From: an uncultured Candidatus Marinamargulisbacteria bacterium
GTDB lineage: Bacteria > Margulisbacteria > Riflemargulisbacteria > GWF2-35-9
Assembly (NCBI GenBank): GCA_903910705.1
Contig: CAIWAN010000052.1
Span: forward strand, 5,844-69,843
DNA: 64,000 nucleotides
Direction: 5' to 3'
The translations under genes were made by a program, and so were the position numbers. The notes beneath the pieces were generated by a model. It was not told the DNA's origin. It saw only the letters and a list, made by a program, of their open reading frames with translations, and did no database searches. Of the stretch, positions 48,374 through 63,300 are shown piece by piece (the first letter of the stretch is position 1; each line of letters starts with the position of its first letter).

Positions 48374-51300
48374 TTATCGTAACAACCCTGCTTTGACTCG
48401 AACTTTATTTTGTGGCCCTTCTTTTTCAGCTTGAATCACGATCGTATACCCACCCTTTGAAACCTTTTCATTCAATTGATCGGTTCCATTCCATTTTACT
48501 ATGTTGGGCTGAGTACTATCTCCTCCCACTTGGCCAGCACCGAAACCCATCTCCTTAACAAAATGGCCTAATGCATCATAAATCTTGATACTCACATTGG
48601 TATCTTGATTCAACTCATAGTAAATCTGTCCCTCATCAGCATCCGCCTTAAAAGGATTGGGATAAAATGAAGCATTATAGATAACCTCATTCGGCTTCAC
48701 GACATCCGTATAGTCCGACATCAACCAAGCCGTCTCACTTCCAGCCATATTAACCGCTCTAACCCGATATCGATATCGCTTTGATTGGTCGATATTGGAC
48801 GATTTATAGTAATTCTGGGTTAGCGTCATATCTAAGTCATCCCATTTCTCGCTATTTGCTTTTTGCCACTGCAATTCATAATGAGATAACCCTGACTCAT
48901 CATCTCGAGCAGCTGGCCAAGACAGGAACTGATTGACAAGGGCTTGGGCAACCAATGTTTGATTTTGAACAATTTGAGGTTGATTAACAAAGACCTTACT
49001 TCCTCCAGGAAGAACGGGGGGGGTAAGGTCAACTTTGAACCCAAGATCTTTCTGACTTGAAACATAGGAAGCGAGCGAATTATCCTCACTATAGGCACGC
49101 AACCTTAAAATATAATTCGTATTATGTTTTAACGAAAGTCCGCTGAAATATTGGTGTTCCTCTGGCAAATACAAACTATTATCAATGGTAATCGTTGTCC
49201 AAGGTCTAATATGGGTTACACCTAGATCACCATCGATCGCATACTCGATCCGCACGATCCTTGATTGGGGGGACTTTATGTTATTGAGTTTGACATCAAA
49301 GGTTAAACTAATGGCATCCGATCTATTTACAAATGACTTCATGGCAACATCTTCAATAATGGGTTGACGAAGATCCACAATTCTTAGGGTACTCAACTCA
49401 ACATTAGCCGTATTCATTATCTTTGCATTTAATGACAATCGATCCGGTGCAAGAATTAGCTGAAGATCCCCCGTTGAACAATTGTCTTTAAGTCTCATAT
49501 TTAAATAAAAATACTGATCGATAGGCGTCAGCATAATCGGCGAAGCAAAATTGAGTCTGATCTTATTATCTTGTCGATCCATAACCGTATTGATGAACGG
49601 TTGAGCGGACGTATTAAGCGTCAGTGCAGATACCGTTTCGTAGGGCACATTGGCTGATATATTAAAATCAAGATGATTGAGGGATACCTCATTGCGATCC
49701 ACCTTGAAATTAAAAACTTCATAAGGGCTTACCCCATCACCCTGATAAACATCACTGCTCGAACCCGCCCAAGCTGAAATGGTGATCTGGGGTAAGTACG
49801 CTCTGATGATCGATGGCTGAAGAAGTAATGGAAGTGTGTTCGAATTTACATTTTGATTGACGTCCAATTTAATATCGTTCCGAGAATCAAAGTAGGGTTG
49901 GAACTTTTTCCCTACGGGCGACGTTAACGAAATATCTCCAGCGAGATACAGGGTCTGTGGCGAATTCCCTACGATCCAACGAAGGGGTCTAAAAACGATC
50001 TTTCCATCAATTTTGTAGGCAGGAATGGACGTTAACAGCGTATCTTCACTTGGCGACAGTTTGTCGTCATAGTTTGATTCTCTGTATAGTCTCAAATTGC
50101 TAAGGTTTTCAGTAATTGATAGATTCCCTGAAACATTAAACGTTATTTCCTGTACCATGGTCGAATAGGGGTAGCTCTCCATCATCACTCTAGCTAAGAC
50201 GACGGTTTGATCCGCTTGATATACGTTGCCCCATTGTTGAGACCAACTTGAATCTTTGACATAAACACTCAATTGATTCGCTCCGCCCAAAATATCAAAT
50301 GTGGGAGTGGTGGCAGGGATCACCGACGAAACCATGACATCATAAGTCCCAACACTAACACCTCCAGACGGAATATATAAACTGAATGGATCCATAGCCG
50401 ACGATTCAATGTCTACTTGAAGAACAATACGAGTCAAGCCAGAAATCCTGTTCGGGGTTCTAAACTCAAACTGGGTCTCCATTCGGGTATTATCAAACCC
50501 AGCTTCACTGACAATATCCTCCGAGATAAGCAATCGAACATTCTTCAAACTCTTCCCCATCGGATCACCATATTTGTTCAACTTTATCCCTTTGATCCAT
50601 GCTACAGAAGACGATGAAACGACAATTTCAGCAATATCCACTTGCCGTTGGCCTCGATAGACATTACTCGTTAACACGTTCATGGAGATCACCCACAATC
50701 GAGGTTGAAGTTCCCGTTTAACATCAAGAATATTACCCGCTCGATCCGTTATCCTTAGATCCAGATAGGGATCTTGGGTCGGATTAACATTAACGTTAGC
50801 GGAAAACACTCTCGAAGAATTGGTCAAGAACGTCATGTCTTTGGTACTCATGACGTCTGAGCCAAAAGGATAGGATCTGATCTGCGCATCACTTATTGAT
50901 ACCCACTCTGAAGCGGATATGATCAATGAAACATTTATTGAACCCACATTCTGAGTACTCAATGGGACATAATCCAATGTAATAATGGGCGTTGTTATAT
51001 CAATCGTTATTCGTTGCATCGCACTCGCTGTTGACACATATCCAGTCAAACTCTTATGCCACACATAAAAGGTTTTTACTAAATAGCCCTGAACCGCGTC
51101 ATAGCCAATCATATCATATGTAACATCACTGGCCTCGAAGGGCACGCTTAGATTGTCTTTTACGGGGGGGCTACACAACTTCCAGCGAGAGTCCCCTGCC
51201 ATTGGACGATCGGCCGAAGAAGAATCGATTATATAATACATATCACTTGAAATAATAAGCAGAATCTTAAGAGTTGACTTGTTTGTATTTTCAAGGGGCA

Positions 51301-54300
51301 ACGGATTATCTCCTTCTCCAGCCGGATCAACGATTTTCATAACGGGTTTGGGTGGATATTGGAGTTTTACATAAATTGTCTGTACACCCAGATTAAGGGT
51401 TGAGATATTCGCAGCCCGATCCTCCATAAGCAGATTCAATGTAGCGAATCCCTCGCCCATATCCTCATTGAAATTAAACTCTGCTATAAATCGTCGAGGC
51501 CCGCCTGAAACGGACATTCGAATCGACTGTGTCGCTTGAGCGGGGAATTGAATGCTCAGCGATGGGGGAACGAACAGGTCTTCATTTGTCGTGATACTAA
51601 ACATTTTCATCCCAAACCGATTCAAATCTGATAATTGTTGGACTTTTCCGCTGGGTAAAGTCGTATCCACAAATATATTTACCGTTGAGGCTCTTAGACT
51701 CATACCCTGATCATTTTTCACCCAAGCATAAACAGAATGGGTTCCTTCTGACATTGCAGGAAGCACATATTGCCCCGCCCAAGCTACCCAAGCAGGATCA
51801 ACCGAAGGGGGTTTGGTTGCATTATCTGTAAGGAACCATGCCCATGTGGGATGAAGTGAAGCATAATGACTTGAAAGAATAAGATTCGACGTCCCCGTAT
51901 AAAGAGCCGAGCCATTAAGCGGATTGATCATGATCAGATCAGGAGGCTGGGGAAGATATCGATATGCAAGGATTTCCTTATCACCCTGAATGGGGATAGA
52001 GGCTAACATCCCACTCTTCCCGACCACTTTATATCTCAACTGCCCGATACCATCAATAAAAGACAAGGTGTCGAGCGTTGCAATGTATTGATAGTTGCCT
52101 AATGAAGCAACCCCAAAAGAATAGGGTTCTAACCCCGAGTTCATAGACAGTTTCAAGTCAGGCATCCAACCAAGAGGCTGATTTGCAGTGATCAAAACCG
52201 TAAGGATTGTATCTGTTTTAATTTCATTGGGTGTGATGAATACTGAAAATACAGGTGCTACTCTTAATACAGAGATAGACACGCTTGCCTCTGAATAATT
52301 GCCCGCTCGATCAACGGCGAGAAGCGTGACCCGATGGATAGCATCCACCAAAAAGGTGGGCGTAATGATCATTTGATTTGAGGTCAACACCACGGATCGG
52401 CTCGTGAGAGAGGGCTGATCAACCCTGAAGAAATACGGAACAGATTTCAGGGCAATATTATCAAAGGCTCCATTATAGGTAACCGTGATCATGCCATCAT
52501 CATCAAACCCTGGTAAGGGGGCGAAACCATCCGAAAGATCAGTCTCGTCTTGCTCTAGGAATAAATCTCCCAATATGGGCGGGGTCGTGTCCACTGTAAT
52601 TTGAGTTGAAAAGGTCGCCACATTGCCAGCCCGATCGATAGCTCTGACAATAATGGATTGCACCCCTTCTGAAACACTAAACCCATTAATGAACGGAGTG
52701 CTCTGACTGGGACTCCAATTATCAAATAGGCTGCTTTGTATTTCATACGGTTTTGTTCTTAGCCCCCCACCAATGGGCTCGACCCATTCCAGATCAAGCG
52801 TGACTCTTGAATAATATCCACTTTCTTCTTTAAAGTAGGTGTTTTTTGGAACCATGGGTTTGACCGAGATATAGCTATTAACGGGAGGTTCTGTATCCAC
52901 ATAAACTTTGGTCACCGTCTTAAGACTATTTCCAGCTTTATCCACAATAAGGGCATAAATATTTATTGGATGTACGCCTGCCGGCGTTAACTCAACACTA
53001 AACTCAGATGAACCAAAAACATTGAATTGATCATTTCGATTTCCCTGAACATATAAATAGGCATCACGAGTGTTTGTTTCAGTAAGTATGTTCCAAGATA
53101 TTTGTCCAAAAATGATCGGACTATCATACCAACCACTTTCCGGATCAATACCATCGCCACGACTATCTAAATCAGCCGAAATTATCAGTTGCAAACCATT
53201 GGCCGATGGGGGTGTTGTATCAACATTCACAGTTACCCGAGTCATTGAACAATTCCCTGCACGATCAGCGGCCTCGATTTCATAGACGTATTGTCCATCG
53301 GGAAACGCTACACAGAAAATGTCCGTCGAATTAAAGATCTCGGACCACTGACTGATATTTGGACTGAGACTTCGGTAACGATAGGGAGCATTTCTTAATC
53401 CACCTTGATCATCCGGTAGGGCAATCTTTATATCCAATGTATTTATATCCGACCAACCTGCATCCGGTGCGATACCATCTCCACCATGGTCAATGAGAGC
53501 CCCTAATTGCGCCGCCAACATTGTGGGTGGATTTAGGTCAATAACAATCTGCCGTTTATTCTCGATCAGGGTTCCGTTCTTAAGCCGAATCCCATAAACA
53601 AGCGTCAATCCGTCCCGTTCGCTACTATTTAATGAAAGACTAAAGGTATTATTCACACTCAAAAAAACGTCTCCAGCGTAGCGCGCGTCATAGGCATAAT
53701 AAAGCAAGTCTTGGGTTAGCTGCTGCGCAGATAGAATCGGCAGGTAGTTCGTCGTAATAACTAAGGTCAGTGTCGGTACATTAAAACACCCTAGTTCGGG
53801 AGCTTTACCCCCAATAGCGGACCGAGTGACACCCTCCTCAGGAATGACCCCATTTATCCAATAGGAATCATTTGTAACGATCAGATTCGATACATTTACC
53901 GTCCCGATCAGATTAGCCGTGTTCCCTGCGTGATCACGAACTTCAAGCTCAAAATACTCGGGAATCCCCCACGTGGTTATGATCTGCGTTCCTGTTTGAC
54001 GATTCCAAATACTCCAACTTGAATGGGGTTCACTTAGATTATGGTATCGATACGGCATCGACGAAAGCCCCGCCCTATCGCTCGCTTGCCATTGCCAATT
54101 AACAAGCTGGCTATCATACCACCCATCCGCAAGCCGTCCGCCTATATCCGTATAGTCTGGCATCAGGGTTAATTTCGAAACCGTTGGAGGAACCGTATCG
54201 ATCTGGAAACCATTGGACTCGACTTTTAAACTATTGCCGGCTCTATCCACGACTTTCAATATAAGGGTGTTTGCTAAAGAATCATCACTCACATTTAGGT

Positions 54301-57300
54301 TAGTCAAGGAGAGATTACTCAATCCTTGATCGATCGTCACCCACCAATTCTGGCTTATACGAGTGGGGCGTATAAAACGACTCGTTGATACGTTTAACTC
54401 GCCAATATCGCTAAGCGAAGACCATTCGACCTGCAAGGTTGTATCATTATACCAGCCGTCCTCTGGAGAGGATGCAGGATCATTCCCTTCCGTATCGGGC
54501 AATACACTTAAGGTATACAGGTTGGGCGGGGTCGTATCGATATTAACTGAAGCGAGTTGCTCGCTAATATTCCCCGCTTTGTCCACGACCCGAACCCAAA
54601 GATAGGAGGGTTCTCGGTCACTCTGATTGTGATATTTTGACTGAAGTTCTATTTTTGTCTTTTCGTTCAGAGAGAGAAAAGAGCCATAGGGCAGTAGTTC
54701 AGACTTGATCTGAAGCGGATAAATACGTAAGCCGCTCTGGGTATCAACCGGCTCTGAAACATTAACCGTCACAAACGGAATGTTCGTCCATGCAGGATCT
54801 TCGAACAACTGACCATCAGCATCAACAAGATGCTGGATCGATAGAGTCACATTGAACGTACTCGGCGGGGCAATGTCCATCAATAGTTGACGACTTGCCG
54901 TCGAAACATTTCCAGCTCGATCGGAAACCATGATCTCAATGTTTAGGGTTTGCTCCGTTGCATTCACTTTAAAATCATCAAGGAATGTTGCATTCGTTGA
55001 CAAGCCCCAAGCCATTCCACTCATTCGCACTTGAAAGGGTTGGGACTTCAACATGAGATTGTCTGTCGGTGAATCCCAAGCCAGATCGATCGTATCATCG
55101 TTATACCAACCCTCCTCGGGGGTCATCTGATCTGATCGATTCTTGGTGTCAGGTTTTATTCCAAATTTTGGAAAAAGGGAGGGGGGGGTTAGGTCAATAT
55201 GAACCTTTTGAGAGGATGCGTAGATGTTGCCTGCATTATCAGCAACCGCTACAAAAATAGCCGCATTATTCGTTAAAGAGGAATCCTCAGGAACCCAAAC
55301 ATTTCTAAACGCGTTACTTGAAGAAGAATAGGGCCACATCACCATCGTGGTCCCTTCCGTTACCACCCTAGATCGGAAGTAATTGTCTCGTATCCCATAC
55401 GAATCCATTAATGAACTTGCATTTACATGAAAATTAATGGTCGAAGTATTGTACCACCCATAGTCTGCCCCAGCTCCTGGATTAATGAGGTTGGGGTCAA
55501 AGAAAAGTTGCAACTGACCCTCGGGTGGATCCGTATCAATGGTTACAACCAAAGCACTCTCGGTAATATTTCCTGCAAGATCGGCAACCGCCACCTTCAT
55601 CGTATAGACACCCGAATGATTGAAGGAAACACCATAAAAATTGTTGGTTATTGAGCCAGCCTTAACCAGAACAGCCGGGTCCGCATTTTCTTGAAAATAT
55701 TCAAAATAATTAAATGAAATATACGAAGGCAGACTACCCGTTGGATCTGTTTTGATAAAGTACCGATTATTCCTAAGTCCAATATTATCGTTGACGTTTG
55801 CAGAAACGTGAACATTAATGGTCAGATTATCATAGTACCCAATAAGCGGATCCACACCATCCCCGTGACTATCAATGTCTGGAATAAGTAAAAAGTTGAT
55901 ATTCCCTGAGGGAGGCGTTGTATCAATAGAAAGGGTAATGCTCGTCGAACAAACATTTCCCGCCTTATCGGCTACCGCACCATAAACAATGATCGGACTA
56001 TAGTCATTAGCTGTAGGAATAAAATTGACAATATTTCGAGTCGATTGTCCAAACGGCTGAGCCCCCTTTATCTCGTCAAGAATATTCAAACTTACACCAT
56101 TTTTGTCCTTATAGGTAAAGTTCTTATAGTGATCTGTCCCCAGCAGATTTGAGCGAACAAAATATCTGTTTAATATAAACCCACTTTCATCCGTTAGGTT
56201 TTCTGAAATGATAAAACTAATATTAGCCGTATCAAGATACCCTTTTACGGGTCCGATACCATCCCCTTGGCTATCCTTTGCCTCTGCAAGCACGATTTCG
56301 ATTGCCCCATTCGGAGCCATTGTATCCACCGTTACGCGAATACTTCGGGTGACCACATTCCCTGCTCTATCTGACACAAATACCGTTAAATGATGAGCAC
56401 CTTCTAAAACATTAATGCTACTGAACACTAACTCGACCTGTCCAGTTGGGTTAGTTATTTGCGAATTATCCACCGCAACAAAAAGATCTTTAATCCGTTT
56501 ATTGGACTCTCCATAATTTAGTGTAATCACATTAAGACTTACGGCAGAATTATCAAAATAACCATAGTAAGGAGGAACGCCATCTCCTTGGCTATCTTCA
56601 TCAAGGAACAAATCAACAGACCATGTGTTTATGGAGGGTGGCTCAATGTCAACGACTATTGACTGAGAAACAAGCCGGACATTTCCTGCATTATCAGCTA
56701 CGCCAACCCAAACGAGAATATCTCCCGTGGGAAAAACAACCCCATTAAACATGGCATCTTTATTTCCCCATCCTTTATAGAGTTTATCTAATTCCTCTGG
56801 GATCGTTGAATGAGTGTCGTAAGAGGTTACTGAATCCCACTTTAACGAAGTACTACTGGCATTCGCGGAGGTCACGGCCAACAAGTATCGATTGAGCCGC
56901 AACCTTGAAGAGCCAACGTCGTTATCTGGAACGCTTGTCAAGTTAAACGAAATATCTCGATGATTAAAGAAACCAAGTTCGGGGAGGATACCCGCTCCGC
57001 TAATATCCCGAGTATCGATCAACGAAAAGGAAAGTGGCAACTGAGGAGTCTGTGTATCGATCGTTAATTTTAATGAATCATCAATTTGGGTAACGTTCCC
57101 TGCCCGATCAACCAACACAACAACAACTTTCCCTGAACCCTCCTGTAACGGAATGGCAATATCATTAACCACGCCGTCGTTAGCCACACCTTGAATATCT
57201 GCGCCCTGTTGGTTCCCTGGGTAGCGAGCATTTAGATAAACATCGGGTGTAGAGCTGACATCAAAGCCATCATAACGGATAAATAGTGGACGCGTTCTTA

Positions 57301-60300
57301 ATCCAGAACCATGCTTAGGCGTCGATTCTCCATCTGAATACTGGGCATCATACGAGGTTCCATAATGCCCATCCCCCCACGAATCAAGAACAAACTTAAG
57401 ATCAATAGATGCTGTCAAACTATCAAAATACCCAGGATAGGGATCCAGACCATCCACATGGCTGTCCAAGTCAGGTTTGGCTTTAACTGTTTGGAAGAAT
57501 CCTACATCTTTTAACTGGATGGGGGTATCGTCATAATTTATACTGATCCGTTGTGCAAGAAGATGCCCCGCTCGATCTCGAAGTGAAAATTCGTAGGAGT
57601 ATTTATCCTCTACTGACATGGTTGCAACCCCTGAATCTCTGAGCATCACGGTTGATAGTGATGCGTTCCCCATAACGACATTGATAAGGTTAGAGACATT
57701 TTGGCTATCTAAAAGGGCTATCGTTTGGGCACTAGCAACAAGTTGGTCATAACCGTTGTACACACGAATATAGAGTTCTTGAGCCAACGGTGCGTAGCCA
57801 TTAGAGGTGATATTGCTATTCATCGAGACATTGACCGAGGGCCACTGACTATCATAACACCCAAATTCAGGTGCAAACCCATCCGCGGCACTATCCCCAT
57901 CAGGCATAAGCGTCACATTAAAGATCCCCCCTTCCAATAAGGTGGGTGGAGTCATATCGACAACGACATTAAACGTAAAGGGTGTTTCCCCTTCTGGCAA
58001 ATTACCCGCCCTATCTAATAGAGAGGCTTGAAGCGTAAAGGCCCCACCCCCACCCATCATATAGAGTGTCAAGTCAAGATTGATCGTAACAATATATGAT
58101 TTCTCGGATGCCCCAAGACCAATAATATATTGATACGCATTATTCGTCATAAGAACCGAATAACCGTTTTGTGTTGAAATCATTATCTTCATGTTTTTTG
58201 TTGATAGATCCGTCAACTCTGAAACATTATTCAACTTTAATACAATAGAAAGGGTCGGTTGATCGGTATACCCCAATTCAGGCACTACGCCATCGGAAGA
58301 AGGAGAATTGTCTGTATTATCGGGAAGAAGTTGGCTATTTGAACTCCCAGCGGCGCTATTTGACCAGTCAAATATGACAAAGAGGCTTGTTGTTGTGACG
58401 TTCCCCGCATAATCAACCGCGCCAAAAGTAAACGTTGTATCGCCTTCTTTTATGCTATTACTCACAACATCGATTGAGACGATGAACGCATCGGCTTGCC
58501 AACGATCAGCCTTTGTCAAAAGATCTCCGGAGGTTGTATATCCTCCGGTCACACCCGTCGATGTCCATGACAAGGTGTAGTACCATATTCCATTATCGGT
58601 CACTACATTTAAGTGATTCACATCCAAGTTGTCCCAACAATTCCAAGACAGCATCAATGACTGTTTGTTATACATGAAATTTTCTTCTGGAGCAAAACCA
58701 TCGTTACCTACATCACGATTGACTTCGCGATTTAAAGAAACGATGACAGGAGGCGAGAAATCAATGACCAGTCGATCAATATTGGATGTCATGATGCCAG
58801 CTTGATTTCGAACAAAGCAGGTCAATTCATAATTACCAGATGATAGTTGATAAAAGTTATTAATCTGCTCGCCCGTGATCATATTGGTTGATAGCCATTG
58901 TGAATATTTCAAGTCTCCCAGAGAATCACCATTGAAATCCGAACCCAGAATACCCACAGAGTATGGGAATTCCGGCAACCCTGAATGGGCATCAGCAAAC
59001 AGCATCATTCTGATGACAAAATCTTTTGATGTATGGGTAAACACAATATTTCGGTACTGCCCCAAGACATCAGAATGGGAGTAACCCACATTTTCGGTCA
59101 ACATAAATCCTGCCTGAACAGGCGCCGTGGGGGGGGTAAAATCAACTGTGATCCGCGTGGTCTGAGCATTAAAAGCACTCATATTGCCGGCACCGTCCAC
59201 AACAAAGAAATTTACATCGATCAGGCCCTGATAGTTATCGATCCCCACATAGGGCTCTAAGTCGGCATTGACGTTGAACTCCGCAAGTCCAATATTGCTC
59301 GTTTCACTATTCACATCATTGATTCGTGTTGTATTAAGGAGCGAATTTAACGTTTCGATCCGTTGATTATAACTAATCCGCATTTCGAAGGGTAAATTTG
59401 TGAAGACACCCGTGTTTAATCCTGTCGTATCATAGGCTGCAGGATTAAATAAAATCTTGAAATCCACCGTGGGTTGATCATAAATTCCTGGAAGACCTGT
59501 TACATCAAAGGGGCTAAAATTATCATGCCCTTCACCTATCGAATTTGAATGATCCTCGGTCGGCTCAATGGACGCAATGGCTTCATTAATCGTATTTGTC
59601 CAGTCGAAGCGAACTTGTCGTTCGAAGAGGGACGAATTGCCTGCAAAATCAACGACTTGAATGCCTATTGTCACAATCCCTTGACCGATTACATTCTCAA
59701 TATACCCTTCTGTCACCATAATCTCACGGCGATACCCGGAAATATTATTCGAAATAATATGCCGAATACTCCCACCCTTAATAAAATATAGATTATTAAA
59801 ATAAATTCCATAATGGTGTTCAGAATTGTCGGCGTTATCTCCGAATAGATCTCCTTGGTTCTCGACATAGGCGTTATCCTCTGCGGACCATGAAATAGAC
59901 AGTGGTTGTTTTGAATAGTATTGAAGGTCGCTAGGGGCATACCCCGCTACTCCACCTGTTGCATTACTCAAATTCAATTCATTAATGGTTGGCAGAATTT
60001 GATCATACACAACGCGCAGGGTGCTTGTCTCTGCTCTGGCCACATTATTTCGAACTTTTTGTGAAACATCATAAATTCTATCGCGTGTGACTATTTCAGA
60101 GAATAATTCGATGATATCAACCGAAGAACGATCCGACCAAATATTCGTCGAAGACTTGATTATACTTGTATCAAGGTTTAATGGACGTTCTTGAATACTC
60201 CACTTATACGCATCTAATGGGAGCAAGGAGTGTGCATCAGAGAAACTACTGCTAACCACAAAATGATTTTGACTCGTAAACGCAATATTATCTCCGATAT

Positions 60301-63300
60301 AAGCATAATATTTTTGGTCTAACACCAATTGCCCCGTTGGTGGTGTGTAGTCAATCGTTATGGCAAAGGGATCTGAAGCACCGGAGAGATTTCCCGCACC
60401 ATCGATAAATTTAAATGATAACTTTAATTGTCCTTGAAAATCCTCATTAATGATATCCGAAAAAGTCGCGATAATATTTATTGAAATATTCGCCAAATTG
60501 TTGGACGAAAGAAGTGCTGGCAACGATTGTCGATCATAGGAAGCGATGTAAGATCTAAACGAATAGTTGTTAACGACACTTCCACTATAATATTGAACAT
60601 TAATCTCAATCGGACAATTTGGACTTAATAGGGTACTGAGTTGGGTTGTATCTGCTGCATTTGAAGACAAAACGATCGACATTGATACTTTAGACCTATC
60701 ATCAAAATATCCTTGCCCACCCACAGTGAACGGGGTCCCAGCATCAGCGTCAGTTGAGGTTCTGTCTTCAGCAATAAAGTGAGCAATCTGATTCTGAAGA
60801 TTGCAGATTGGATCAAAGATAACAGGGGAATAATCTTTGATCGAAGCGTTGTTGGCAAAATCAAATGTTTTCAATCTAAACCAAACAACTTGGTTACTAA
60901 AATTCTCTTGCGAAACACTAAGCGGAATAACAAAAATATTCGATTGCATGGGAACAATAGGAATATCGAGTGCCTGCCAAACAGGATTCTCCATTGTCTT
61001 GAACTCAAAAATATACTTTTGAATACCTTGATGGGGTTTTGAGTTAAATCCATCTAAGCTAAACGATGAATAGACATTATCAGATGCTTCCCAATAAAAG
61101 TTCAGAGTCTGAACCGACGCAAAATTTGTACTCGACGACTGATAGCTTCCTACATTGACATTCAAATCACCTCGACGATCAAAACTCGTTACAAGGGGAG
61201 GCATTGTATCAACAACAATATGTAGCGTTGGTGATGAGGCAACAATACCGGTCTTATTGGAGGCGAACCCTACCACATCAAAACAGTAATTCGTTGTAAT
61301 AATACCCATATCCTTAAGGTTTTGGGTTGGCTTCTCGATCCATGTCCCATTAATGCTAGCAACATACGCTCGGGTATAAGTATATTTTGAAACATTTAGC
61401 TTATTCCCAGAAACAGCAAGGCCGCTCTCACTATCTTGATAATTGATCGAGATATTTAACGTTGAAATATCTGAAACAAAGGCTGTATTTTTTGATACCC
61501 CCGATGCGGCAAAGTTTAAATCACTTCCGATGTAGCTAAATCCATTCGAGAAATCAACGCTCCCTGTTGGTGGTGACGTATCAACCGTGATCCTGACAGG
61601 AAAGAGGTCAGCCGTTGACGAAAGGTTCCCCGCTCCATCAATAATTTTTGCAAGGATCGTCATGGGGCCGTTATAACCTGACGACTCTAAATAGCTTGAA
61701 AGATCAACAGTAACAGACAAGCTTGCGGTTGGTAGATTGGGATCATCATCAATATTTGCTACAACATCAGTTGTAACAAAATAGTTTTCTGTTTGGATCA
61801 TTAAAACCCATCCCGCATTTGATGTCGAGATATAGAGTTCTAGCGGGACAAACTCACTATTCAACTTACTAAACTGAGTGAAATCATTCGCAGAAGAAAG
61901 CATTTTAATCGTAAAATTGACCGTATTCTGATCAAAATAACCACTTCGTCTGCTCGCTTCAAAAGGTGACAACCCATCTTGACCGTTATCAACATCATCC
62001 GTCACGACCTCAATCATTTGGATCTGCGAATTAAGCGTATTGTTTAGATCAAGATAGTACGGGCCAATATCTTGTGTCAAAACATTCCCCGCGAAATCTT
62101 GGATTTGGAGTCTAAATTTTACGCTACCCTCTTTGAGTACATTGATCAAATAACCCGTCGTTATGGTGAAATTATTCGCAGAAACAGGAAATATCGACGA
62201 AGTAATGACAGCGTAGGAGCCATTTTCTTTTGGCTTATTGTATGAAAGCGAGTAATTCATAATGCCCCGTCGATTTTGATCCAAAAAAGCCTCGCTCCAA
62301 TTTACAAAAACATCATCCATTGCCTGCCAATTGATCGTTACATCATTATTCTGAAGAAATTGAGGACTTGAGGGGGGGTATTTGCCATAGTTTTGACCTG
62401 TTTGCAAGGAAAAGGTAGAAATGCTTGGCGCCGTTACATCGACAACAATATATCGTCGAGCTGGCAACGCAACGATACCTGCCATATTTGTAATTCGAGG
62501 CTGGATTTTATAAAGGTGATTCGGGGTTAGGACGTTTGTGCTAATTAGATTATAGGCTCCAATGGACACGGTTGGAGAAAAATAGTTTGTACTCAAGGAT
62601 CGATCCAAAATGTTATAGGATGTTATGGAATAGACAACCGATTTTGATGGCATCCCACTTTGACCATCAAGATAAGATGTTGACACCCAAAGAGCCTGCG
62701 TTGACTTTGTAAATGCCCAATTTAGGCTCACACCAAATTGATTGTTGATCGTTGGAATATAGTCATATCCGACTCCATAGCTCCAATTTCCTTCTGGAGC
62801 CGTCACATCAACCGTGACAAAACCTGTTAACGCGAGAGAATCATCCGAGACATTGCCTGCACCATCAATAAATTTTACAAAATACTGAACACGCCCTTGA
62901 TAACCGTTTTCATTGATATATTCACGAAGATCGGCAGTGATATTGACAGTAACATTACCCAAGTTAAAGAGCGCATCAATGGACGGCATTCCTTCAGCTT
63001 TCGCTTTAACGTTGATTGAGGATACCATCACGGGAGATCCCGTCGTAACCACCCAAACTTCAACCGGCTCACCGTCAAGCAGCCTTAGCTGTGTAGCATC
63101 ATTAGCCGTCGGCGATAGATGAACGACAAGATTAATTGATGTTTGATCAAAATATCCAGCCACTCCACTTGCTATCCAAGGGGTCAACCCGTCCGAGGGA
63201 AAACTATTATCAACATTATCCGAAACCGCCTCGATATCTTTTACTTGTTCATTTATCGTATTTTCCCAATCAAAGTATATGGGGCCAAGATTACGAGACA

